From a bacterium (GTDB lineage Bacteria > UBA8248), in the NCBI GenBank assembly GCA_965219955.1, contig OZ244799.1, forward strand, positions 1,088,001 through 1,152,000: a stretch of DNA of 64,000 nt, written 5' to 3'. Made by a program: the position numbers and the translations under genes. The notes beneath the pieces were generated by a model. That model was given only the letters and a program-made list of their open reading frames with translations. It made no database searches and was not told the DNA's origin. Of this stretch, positions 40,573 through 49,016 are shown in pieces (position 1 is the first letter of the stretch; each line of letters begins with the position of its first letter).

Positions 40573-41367
40573 GTGGACTTAGGCATTAAAGGAAAATCGG
40601 CTCTGGTGACGGGCGGAAGCCGCGGTATCGGCAAAGAGACGGCGAGGCGCTTCCTCGAAGAGGGCGTCCGTGTCTTCACCTGCGCGAGAAACGAAGAACC
40701 TCTGGCGGAGACCTGCGCGCAATTGGCCGATGAGACGGGCGGCGAAATCCATTGCGTCGTGGCGGACACCTCGAACGACGCGGAACTCGCGCCCCTGGTC
40801 GAAAAAGCGCAGGAAAAGCTCGGCGCCATCGACATTCTCGTGAACAACGCGGGCACCATGAGCTCGGGCCGGTTCGAGGTGCTCGATGACGCCGGTCTCC
40901 AGAAACAACTCGACACCAAGCTGTTCGGCTTCCTGCGCCTCATCCGCCTGGTGGAGCCCGGGATGCGTGCGAAGGGGTGGGGCCGCATCGTGAACATGAT
41001 CGGCGGCGCGGGCAAGGAGCCCGACCCCTACATGTTCGGGAGCGGCATGACGAACAGCGCGCTCCTGAACATGACGAAATCGCTTTCCACCGAATTCGGC
41101 GAGGCGGGCATTCATGTGAACGCGGTGTGCCCCGGCTGGGTGGACACCGCGCTCTGGAGAATGAACGCCGAAGGCCTGGCGGCGGAACTCGCGGCGGAGT
41201 CGGAAGAAGAGGCCCGCCGGCGCGCGGCGCGCAAGAACGCGCTGGGCCGTTTCGGCAGGCCCGAAGAACTCGCCGACGCCATCGTCTTTCTCTGCTCCGA
41301 GCGCGCGAGCTACATCACCGGAATTTCCCTGAATCTCGACGGCGGCAGGCTCAAGTCGTTGTGGTAA
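40573..41367 (+). CDS. SDR family oxidoreductase (atypical catalytic motif)
   Basis: TGGSRGIG, LVNNAG, VNAVCPG and LDGG motifs. YxxxK is replaced by SGMTN. Confidence 0.9.
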   Translation: MDLGIKGKSALVTGGSRGIGKETARRFLEEGVRVFTCARNEEPLAETCAQLADETGGEIHCVVADTSNDAELAPLVEKAQEKLGAIDILVNNAGTMSSGRFEVLDDAGLQKQLDTKLFGFLRLIRLVEPGMRAKGWGRIVNMIGGAGKEPDPYMFGSGMTNSALLNMTKSLSTEFGEAGIHVNAVCPGWVDTALWRMNAEGLAAELAAESEEEARRRAARKNALGRFGRPEELADAIVFLCSERASYITGISLNLDGGRLKSLW

Positions 41368-41388
41368 GGATGGCGATGCTGCTCAGGT

Positions 41389-41898
41389 CGTCATTCCGGC
41401 AATCAATGCCGACCGAGGAGGGAGGGATTGCCCGGAATCCATTTTCAAGCAGAATGGCAATACGCTGGCTTTTCATCTCCTCGTCATCGGTGCGAATCAA
41501 TAAAGAAAAAACAAAGGCAGAACAAATGGATTCCGGCTTTCGCCGGAATGACGGTGAGCGAGATATCGATTTGTAGGGGCGGTTCGCGAACCGCCCCTAC
41601 GGGATACCCGACGCGAGGAGAAATCAACTCCCCCCTTGAGGGGGAGTCGAAGAGGCCGAGCGTTTTTTGCGAAGGCCGATTCGGTGGGGGGTGAAACGCG
41701 TTTTATCGCCACCCGAATTATCCCCCCCACCGAGTCAGCCTTCACCTGTCGGTTCGGCTTCCTCGACTCCCCCTCAAGGGGGGAGTGATTGGTTGGCGCT
41801 CTGCAAGGGAGGAGTAAGGTTTCATCCCTCCATGGTCGGCTCTATCTGTGGAATCACGAGATCAGGGCTTTTTCAACAGCCCCCTCAAGGGGGGAGTG
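41389..41898. repeat. REP/MITE mosaic
   Basis: 41389-41553 is a direct copy of 32645-32814. Also holds a GTAG palindrome at 41573-41600, CTCCCCCTTGAGGGGGAG hairpins and a TTTTTCAACAGCCCCCTCAAGGGGGGAGT end. Confidence 0.8.
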
Positions 41899-41939
41899 AA
41901 TATAAAACACCTCAAATCTTATTTCCCTCGAACCCGACC

Positions 41940-42251
41940 TCACCCCGTCGTCGAATCGACGGCTTCGAGGAATTTCACGCCCACGGGCTCCGCGAGCAGG
42001 TCGGGCAGTTTCTCCCTGAAATTCTTGTAGTGCGGCTCTTCGCGGTGCGCGTCGAGAGCGGCCTGTGATTTCCAGCACTCGATGAAGTGGAACGCGCCCG
42101 CCTCGTCCGTCGCCCGGTAGAGGTTGTAGAAGATGCACCCCGCTTCATTGCGCGAGGGCGCGCACATGCCCCCCAGGAGTTCCGCCATCTCGTCTTCTTT
42201 GCCGGGCTTGGGCTTCAACCACGCGATCAGGAATACTCTTTCATCCGCCAT
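41940..42251 (-). CDS. Putative quinol monooxygenase (ABM domain)
   Basis: KPGKE, SRNEAGCIFYNL and ECWKSQAALDAH..EPHY motifs. Confidence 0.9.
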   Translation of the reverse strand: MADERVFLIAWLKPKPGKEDEMAELLGGMCAPSRNEAGCIFYNLYRATDEAGAFHFIECWKSQAALDAHREEPHYKNFREKLPDLLAEPVGVKFLEAVDSTTG

Positions 42252-42385
42252 TTTCGGCCTCCGGTTTCATGGAATGAATCGCAATCGTGTCCATCGGGAC
42301 GCATTCTATCCGCTCGAACGGCCCGTGGCCAGATGATCCCCCCTCATCCTCGCCTCCCGGGGGTTTGGGGTGTATAGTCCGCCCC

Positions 42386-43288
42386 ATGGTCGAGTGGATA
42401 TCATCATGGGGCAGTCCCGAGTTTCTCGCCGTGGCGACCTCGTTCAGCTATTCCATCACACTCATTTCGGTGCGCCGGGCGATGACGACCGGGAGCCCCC
42501 TGATGAGCATCATCGTCCTGAATTCGCTGGTGAGCATCGCGGGGCTGGCGACCGCATGGGTGCTCGGCACCCTGGCGTCCACCAATATGCGCGCGCTCGG
42601 CTGGTTCGCGCTCACGGGCATGGCCGGCCACGGAACGGGGAGCCTCATCTTCTTCTCGGCCATCGAACGCCTGGGCGTGAGCCGGGCCACGGCGATCCAT
42701 GCCTCCTCACCTCTGTGGGGCGTGCTCCTGGCGATCATCATCCTGGGCGAGGCGCCGGGCGTCTATGTGCTGCTGGGGACGCTCGGGATCGTGGGAGGCG
42801 TCTTTCTGCTCTCCTGGCCGGAGAGAAAGCGCGCGGGAGGCGGGTCTCAAAACTACAGCCGGCAGGACTACCTCCTGCCGATTTCCTCGTCCGTGTGCTA
42901 TGCGGCGGTGCCCGTGTTCGCCAAGCTGGGCCTGGCGGAGCACGAGGCGCCCTACCTGGGATTCGGCGTGGCGTTCGGCTCGGGCCTTTTGCTCATGCTG
43001 GCGGCGAGGCGCATGATGCCGGGCGGCGGTGTGATAAGAGGGAATGCGCAGACCCTCCGCGCCCTCCTGGTGGGGCTTCCGTTCAACATCATCGCCGCTT
43101 ATCTGATGTGGACGGCGTTCGTGGCGGGGATGGTGTCGAGCGTTTTGCCGCTGAGCCGGATGACGCCCCTGTGGGTCATTTTGTTCAGCTTCCTGTTTCT
43201 GGGCAAGATAGAACGCGTTGTGCTCAAAACGGTGGTCGCGGCGTGCCTCGTCGTGGCCGGCGGGGTGATGATCACCCTGTTCCGCTAG
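42386..43288 (+). CDS. DMT/EamA family transporter, paralog 1
   Basis: Ten TM segments with AIERLGVSRA, ILGE and PLSRMTPLWV. Confidence 0.88.
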   Translation: MVEWISSWGSPEFLAVATSFSYSITLISVRRAMTTGSPLMSIIVLNSLVSIAGLATAWVLGTLASTNMRALGWFALTGMAGHGTGSLIFFSAIERLGVSRATAIHASSPLWGVLLAIIILGEAPGVYVLLGTLGIVGGVFLLSWPERKRAGGGSQNYSRQDYLLPISSSVCYAAVPVFAKLGLAEHEAPYLGFGVAFGSGLLLMLAARRMMPGGGVIRGNAQTLRALLVGLPFNIIAAYLMWTAFVAGMVSSVLPLSRMTPLWVILFSFLFLGKIERVVLKTVVAACLVVAGGVMITLFR

Positions 43289-43339
43289 GCGCCCCGGCTG
43301 CGGGGCGATGCGTATCATCGAGGAGCAGTCAGTCATAAT

Positions 43340-44239
43340 ATGTCGGGTCTTTTCGCACAGGCAGGCTTGGGGGAATTGCTGGCGGTAGGAGCGTCGCTTT
43401 GCTATTCGACGTCGCTCATCGCCATCCGCCAGGGGGTGCGCAGCGCGACGCCGATAGCGGGCGTGCTGATATTGAGTTCGACCGTCTCGGTCCTGGGGCT
43501 CATCATCGCGGCCGCCCGCGGCACGCTCCAGGAATCCATGCTCACGCCCGTCTTGATCTTCATGCTCGGCGGCTGCCTGGGGCAGGGCGTGGGGCAGCTC
43601 ACGAACGCCATCGGCATCGAGAGGATGGGCGTGAGCCGCTCCGTGCCGATTCAATCGTCCACCCCCATCTTCTCGGTCACCTTCGCGATGATGTTTCTCG
43701 GCGAGCGGCCCGGTGTCGGCGTGGCGATGGGGACGGTTCTGATCGTGGCGGGCGTCTGCCTGCTCTCGCTGGGCGAGCGGCGCGCGGACCAGAGTTTCAA
43801 GAGCTTCTTTCAGGGCGGGCTGGTCTATCCGCTCACCTCATCGCTCTCCTATGCGCTGCTGCCCGTGCTGGCGAACGTCGCCTTCTCCTACCAGAAAACC
43901 CCCATCCTGGGCTTCGCCTGCGCCTTCACCGCCGGTACGCTTCTGCTGGCGGTAACGCGCCCCCTGCTGCCCGGCGGCGGCAAGCTCGAAGCCGACAGGA
44001 GGGCCGTCTACCTCTTTCTCGGCGCAGGCGTCACCACCACGCTCGCGGCCATCATGTTCTGGACGGCGATGAGCATCGCGCCCGTCTCGACCGTGCTGCC
44101 GCTGAGCAGGCTCGTGCCCCTGTGGGTGGTGCTGTGGACCTATCTCTTCCTGGGCGGGCTCGAGCGCATCACCTCGCGCATCGTCCTGGCGGCGGGGATG
44201 GTCGTGGCGGGCGGCGTGCTGATCACCGCCTTCAAGTAG
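43340..44239 (+). CDS. DMT/EamA family transporter, paralog 2
   Basis: GIERMGVSRS, FLGE and PLSRLVPLWV motifs. Confidence 0.88.
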   Translation: MSGLFAQAGLGELLAVGASLCYSTSLIAIRQGVRSATPIAGVLILSSTVSVLGLIIAAARGTLQESMLTPVLIFMLGGCLGQGVGQLTNAIGIERMGVSRSVPIQSSTPIFSVTFAMMFLGERPGVGVAMGTVLIVAGVCLLSLGERRADQSFKSFFQGGLVYPLTSSLSYALLPVLANVAFSYQKTPILGFACAFTAGTLLLAVTRPLLPGGGKLEADRRAVYLFLGAGVTTTLAAIMFWTAMSIAPVSTVLPLSRLVPLWVVLWTYLFLGGLERITSRIVLAAGMVVAGGVLITAFK

Positions 44240-44255
44240 ACGCCTGCGCGTGGCA

Positions 44256-44312
44256 AAAAATAATTGCGAATGCCCCGGGAAAACCTCTCGATTTCCCGGC
44301 CTTTTTCGTCCG
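44256..44312 (+). repeat. Left inverted repeat flanking sixA
   Basis: AATAATTGCGAATGCCCCGGGAAAACCTCTCGATTTCCCGGCCTTTTTCGTCC. Confidence 0.85.
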
Positions 44313-44425
44313 GTTCACGGGAACGGGAGGCGGCGCCGGCGTTGACTGCGCTCTGTTTGACGCTCTTTCCCGGCTGAAGGACAATGACCCGCGTCGCATA
44401 AAGCCATCGTGAGGCGGACGGAGCC

Positions 44426-44941
44426 ATGAAGACCCTTTTTCTGCTGCGGCATGCCAAGTCGAGCTGGTCGGAGCCGGGGTTGGCCGATTTCGATCGCCCC
44501 CTGAACGAACGCGGCCGCCGCGCGGCGCCGCTTGTCGCCCGGCATCTTGCGCGTGGCGGCCCCTTGCCCGACCTCATCCTGTGCTCGGCCGCCCGGCGCA
44601 CCCGCGAGACCCTGGCCCTGATGCTGCCCGGCCTGGCGCGCGACGCCGTCGTGCGCATCGAGAGCGGCCTCTACGGAGCGGACGCGGCAACCCTGCTGGG
44701 ACGCCTCAAGCGCATCGAAGCCGCCGTTGATTGCGTCCTGCTCATCGCCCACAACCCGGGGCTCGAAGACCTCGCCGCCGGGATTTGCGGCGGCGGACCA
44801 GAGCCGGTGCGCCGGCGTATGGACGAAAAATTCCCGACCGCCGCCCTGGCCGCGTTCGCGCTCGACGCGGCGCGCTGGTCCTCGCTGCGCGAGGGGGCGG
44901 CGGTTCTTACCGGCTTCGTCCTGCCGAAAGACCTCGCCTAG
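44426..44941 (+). CDS. sixA: SixA-type phosphohistidine phosphatase
   Basis: LLRHAKSSW, DFDRPLNERG, CSAARRTRET, AHNPG and KFPT motifs. Confidence 0.88.
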   Translation: MKTLFLLRHAKSSWSEPGLADFDRPLNERGRRAAPLVARHLARGGPLPDLILCSAARRTRETLALMLPGLARDAVVRIESGLYGADAATLLGRLKRIEAAVDCVLLIAHNPGLEDLAAGICGGGPEPVRRRMDEKFPTAALAAFALDAARWSSLREGAAVLTGFVLPKDLA

Positions 44942-45030
44942 GCCCGCCGGAAACCGCGTGCGGCGCGGTACCGCTTCCGGACCGGGCCGAGGGTTTCATT
45001 GGCCGGAAACGCCCCCCGAAAAGTTGTTTT

Positions 45031-45087
45031 CAGGCGAAAACGGCCGGAAAACCGAGAGGTTTTCCCGGGGCATTCGCAATTATTCTT
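45031..45087 (-). repeat. Right inverted repeat flanking sixA
   Basis: Reverse complement is AATAATTGCGAATGCCCCGGGAAAACCTCTCGGTTTTCCGGCCGTTTTCGCC. Confidence 0.85.
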
Positions 45088-45147
45088 GTTTCACCACAAC
45101 GCCCGCTCTTCTCGCTTAACTATTCCGGTGCGTGTATAGTCGCGCGC

Positions 45148-46053
45148 ATGAACGCGCAACCTCCTTTTTTCATGTCGGGCGAAATCCTCGCCCTCGCATC
45201 TTCGTTCATCTACTCGGGGGCGCTCATCTCCTTCCGCCGGGGATTGAGGAATGCCTCTCCCATCACGGGCGTGCTCATCACGAACGCCGTGGCGAGTATC
45301 TTGCTCCTGAGCATCGCCTTTTCCCTGGGTACGCTGCAGACCTCTTCGCTCAAGCCCGTGTTGTGGTTCATGCTGGCGGGCTGTCTGGGGCAGGGGATGG
45401 GTCACTTGGCTTCCTACACCGCCATTCAGCGCATCGGCGCGAGCCGGACGAGTCCGGTGCAGGCATCGGCGCCGATATGGGCGGTTTTCTTCGCCGCGTT
45501 CTTTCTGGGGGAAGAGCCGGGCGTGGCGGTGGTTCTCGGCACGCTCTCCATCGTCGGCGGCGTGGCGCTCATCTCGATGGGCGAGGGCAAGGCCGTCGAA
45601 AAGGGCGGCATGGGGCCCGAATTCCGCCGCGCGCTCATCTTCCCCGTCTTCGCCTCGTTCATGTACGCCGCCATGCCGGTGATTGCGAAAATCGGCTACG
45701 CCGAGCAGAGAACGCCCTTCGCGGCGGTGGGCTTCGCCTTTCTGGCGGGTTTCCTCTTCCTGCTGGTGGCGAAGCCGTTTCTGGGCGCGAGCGGCAAGAT
45801 ACGGGCGGACCGGCGCGACGTTAGCTGGATACTGCTGGGCTCGGTGTTCTCCGCCACCGCCACGGGGCTTTTGTGGTTCACGCTCACGTTTTCGGACGTC
45901 ACCGTCGTCTTGCCCCTGAGCCGCACCGCCCCGATATGGGTGGTGCTCCTGAGCCTCGTCTTCATGGGCGACATGGAGCGCGTGAACGCGCGCCTTTTCG
46001 GCGCGGCGGGACTGGTCGTCCTGGGGGGATTCCTGATCACGAGTTTCCGGTGA
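45148..46053 (+). CDS. DMT/EamA family transporter, paralog 3
   Basis: AIQRIGASRT, FLGE and PLSRTAPIWV motifs. Start reset to ATG 45148 by alignment with the paralogs. Confidence 0.88.
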   Translation: MNAQPPFFMSGEILALASSFIYSGALISFRRGLRNASPITGVLITNAVASILLLSIAFSLGTLQTSSLKPVLWFMLAGCLGQGMGHLASYTAIQRIGASRTSPVQASAPIWAVFFAAFFLGEEPGVAVVLGTLSIVGGVALISMGEGKAVEKGGMGPEFRRALIFPVFASFMYAAMPVIAKIGYAEQRTPFAAVGFAFLAGFLFLLVAKPFLGASGKIRADRRDVSWILLGSVFSATATGLLWFTLTFSDVTVVLPLSRTAPIWVVLLSLVFMGDMERVNARLFGAAGLVVLGGFLITSFR

Positions 46054-46091
46054 GGGGATTCAGAAAAGATAATTGAATGTCACAGAATGGC

Positions 46092-46116
46092 GTAGGGGCG
46101 GCTCGCGAGCCGCCCT
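46092..46116. repeat. Single GTAG-type REP
   Basis: GTAGGGGCGGCTCGCGAGCCGCCCT. Confidence 0.7.
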
Positions 46117-46265
46117 GTTGTGATTCTGGTGGAATTATCCGCAAGAGCGAGAGAGAATGCCCTGTATATATTGCACAAAAGATGTATTTACAGATAGTTG
46201 ATGTTATTAAATGAAGTAACACTTTAATGAAAATACTTGGAATCCCTGATAGGTTTGTGTTACCT

Positions 46266-49001
46266 CTACCGTTTCCTCGGCTTCCTCACCCGCACGGCGC
46301 AGAACTTGAACTCGGGGATTTTCCCGTAGGGGTCCAAGTCGTCCACCGTGAGCAGGTTCGCGGCGGCCTCGACGTAGTGGAACGGGATGAAGACCTGCCC
46401 GGGCCGCACCCGCGAAGAAGCCCGGGCGGGGAGGGTGATCTCCCCCCGTCTCGATTCCACCAGAACGTCCGAATCGTCTCTGATCTTCAGGCGTTTCAGG
46501 TCTTCGGGCGACATCTCGACATAAGGCCCCGGTTCCGCGGCCTCCAGCGCCTGCGCCCTTCTGGTGATGGCCCCGGTGTGCCAGTGGTAGATGTTCCGCC
46601 CCGTGTTGAGCACGAAGGGGTAGTCGTCGTCCGGCATCTCCCTGGCGGGCGCGTACTGGACGGGAATGAGCTTGCCGGGTCCTGAGGGAAACGATTTGTC
46701 GAAGAGGATTTCCCTGCCCTTGTGATTGGGCCTTGTGCACGGCCAGACGAGTCCGTGACGCCCCAGCCGGTCGTAGGACATCCCCGCCATGAAGGGCGTC
46801 AAGGATGCGATTTCATCGAAAATTTCAGATTCCGACCCATATTCCATCGGGTATCCGAGGCGTTCCGAGAGTTCGGCCACGATGCGCCAGTCCTCGCGCG
46901 CCTCGCCGGGCGGATCGATGGCGCGTCTGCCGATCTGGACTCTGCGGTCGGTGTTCGTATAGGTGCCCGTTTTTTCGAAAAAAGCCGTGGAGGGGAGGAC
47001 GACGTCCGCGAAATAGGCGGTTTCCGTCAGAAAAATGTCCTGGACGACGAGGAATTCGAGGTTCGCCAGCGCGCCGCGCGAGTGGTTGAGATTGGGGTCG
47101 CTCATGGCCGGGTTCTCGCCCATGATGTACATGCCCCTTATCTCGCCCCGGTTGGCGGCGTCGGCGATCTCCATCACGGTGAGGCCGGGCTCGGGGTCGA
47201 GCTTGCGGCCCCAGGCCTTTTCGAATTTCCTGCGTATCGCGGGCGAGGCGACGTCCTGATAGGCGGAATAGACCATCGGGATGAGGCCCACGTCCGACGC
47301 GCCCTGCACGTTGTTCTGCCCGCGCAGGGGGTGGAGTCCCGTTCCCTCCCGCCCGATCTGCCCGCAGATGAGGCAAAGCGCGATGAGCGCGCGGCAGTTG
47401 TCCGTGCCGTGGGTGTGCTGGGAGAGGCCCATGCCCCAGAAGGTCATGCTGCGCGCGGAGGTCGCGTACCCCCTGGCCAGTTCCCGGAGCGTTTCGGCGG
47501 GGACGCCGGTGAGTTTGGCGACGTTCTCAGGCGTGTAGGGCTTTACGTTTTCCGCGAGTTCGGGGAATCCCTCGGTGCGCGCGGCGATGAAGTCGGCGTC
47601 GTAGAGTTTCTCCTCGATCACCACGTTCAACAGCCCGTTGAACAGCGCCACGTCCGTGCCGGGGCGGAACTGAACGAACATGTCCGCGTGGTCGACCAGG
47701 TCGATTCTCCTCGGGTCGACCACGGCCAGCGTGGCGCCAGCGCTTGCGGCCTGCTTGATGAAGGTGGCCGCCACGGGGTGGTTTTCCGTGGCGTTGGCCC
47801 CCGCCACGAGGATGAAATCGGCTTTGAGGGCATCCGAGAAGGGGTTGCTCACCGCGCTCGAGCCGATGGTCTGGAACAGGGCGGCCACCGAGCTCGAGTG
47901 GCAGAGCCGCGTGCAGTGGTCCACGTTGTTCGTCCCGAATACGGCGCGGATGAGCTTCTGGAAGAGGTAGTTGTCTTCGTTCGAGCATTTGGCCGAACCG
48001 AAGCCGGCCATGCTCGAGGGGCCGTGGGCCTCGTGGATTTTCCCCAGCGAGGCCGCCGCCAGGTCCATGGCTTCCTCCCAACTCGCCTCGCGGAACAGGG
48101 AGAGCGGCTCTCCGGGCAGTTCCCTCGTCTTGGGCGCGCCTTCCTTGCGGATGAGGGGGGTCGTGAGGCGATCCGGATGGTGGGCGTAGTCGAACCCGTA
48201 GCGCCCCTTCACGCAGAGCCTCCCCTGGTTCACGGGACTCGTCTCGTCCCCCCGGACGCTCAGGAGGGTATTGCCGGCCACCTGGTAGGAGATGGAGCAG
48301 CCCACGCCGCAGTAGGGGCAGACGGAATCCACCTCTCTGGGCTTGCCGGGGGCGATTTGCAGCGTGAGAGATTTATTGGTGAGCGCGTCCGTGGGGCAGG
48401 CGGCCATGCACTCCCCGCACGAGACGCACGTGGATTCGCCCATGGGGAGGTCCGCGTCGAACACGATTTTCGCGCTCGAACCCTTGCCGCCCCGCCCGAT
48501 GACGTTGTTGCCCTGAACGTCCGTGCAGGCGCGGATGCAGCGGTCGCACAGGATGCACGCGCTGTGATCCACGGCGATGACGGCGGATGAGAAATCCTGC
48601 GCCCGCTCCGTATCCTTGGGCGGCAGGGCGCTTACGCCGTTTTTGGCTTCGAGCTGCCCGGCGAGCGCGGTGAGTTCGCAGTTCACGGATTCGGATTCCG
48701 CGCCGTGGTCCGCCATCAGCATGGCCACCAGCGTTTTCTGGGCGCGCGCGACGCGCTCGCTGGCCGTTTGGATCACCATGCCGGGCTCGACCTTCCGGTG
48801 GCAGGAGGGAACGAGCGTCCGCGCGCCCTCGACCTCGACGGCGCACACGCGGCACACGCCCACGGGCTCCATGCCGGGCTGGTGGCAGAGCCTGGGGATC
48901 TCGACGCCCGTCGACTGCGCCGCCTCCCAGATGGTCGCGCCGGCCCCGGCCTTTATCTTTCGGCCGTCGATGGTGATGGCGATCGTCTTGTCGTCAGGCA
49001 T
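46266..49001 (-). CDS. fdhF: Formate dehydrogenase alpha subunit (Cys-containing)
   Basis: N-terminal 2Fe-2S and 2x4Fe-4S domains, CPYCGVGC...LCVKGRYG, DHCTRLCH, LRGQNNVQG and KIPEFK motifs. Confidence 0.93.
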   Translation of the reverse strand: MPDDKTIAITIDGRKIKAGAGATIWEAAQSTGVEIPRLCHQPGMEPVGVCRVCAVEVEGARTLVPSCHRKVEPGMVIQTASERVARAQKTLVAMLMADHGAESESVNCELTALAGQLEAKNGVSALPPKDTERAQDFSSAVIAVDHSACILCDRCIRACTDVQGNNVIGRGGKGSSAKIVFDADLPMGESTCVSCGECMAACPTDALTNKSLTLQIAPGKPREVDSVCPYCGVGCSISYQVAGNTLLSVRGDETSPVNQGRLCVKGRYGFDYAHHPDRLTTPLIRKEGAPKTRELPGEPLSLFREASWEEAMDLAAASLGKIHEAHGPSSMAGFGSAKCSNEDNYLFQKLIRAVFGTNNVDHCTRLCHSSSVAALFQTIGSSAVSNPFSDALKADFILVAGANATENHPVAATFIKQAASAGATLAVVDPRRIDLVDHADMFVQFRPGTDVALFNGLLNVVIEEKLYDADFIAARTEGFPELAENVKPYTPENVAKLTGVPAETLRELARGYATSARSMTFWGMGLSQHTHGTDNCRALIALCLICGQIGREGTGLHPLRGQNNVQGASDVGLIPMVYSAYQDVASPAIRRKFEKAWGRKLDPEPGLTVMEIADAANRGEIRGMYIMGENPAMSDPNLNHSRGALANLEFLVVQDIFLTETAYFADVVLPSTAFFEKTGTYTNTDRRVQIGRRAIDPPGEAREDWRIVAELSERLGYPMEYGSESEIFDEIASLTPFMAGMSYDRLGRHGLVWPCTRPNHKGREILFDKSFPSGPGKLIPVQYAPAREMPDDDYPFVLNTGRNIYHWHTGAITRRAQALEAAEPGPYVEMSPEDLKRLKIRDDSDVLVESRRGEITLPARASSRVRPGQVFIPFHYVEAAANLLTVDDLDPYGKIPEFKFCAVRVRKPRKR

Positions 49002-49016
49002 TGTTCAGCCCCGCCG

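Noticed and set aside
44731-45147. 139-aa N-terminal extension of EamA paralog 3
   Set aside because: It overlaps sixA and the inverted repeat, and the paralogs begin at the equivalent of ATG 45148.
47900-47930. Selenocysteine in formate dehydrogenase alpha
   Set aside because: The codon is TGC (Cys) and the ORF is uninterrupted.
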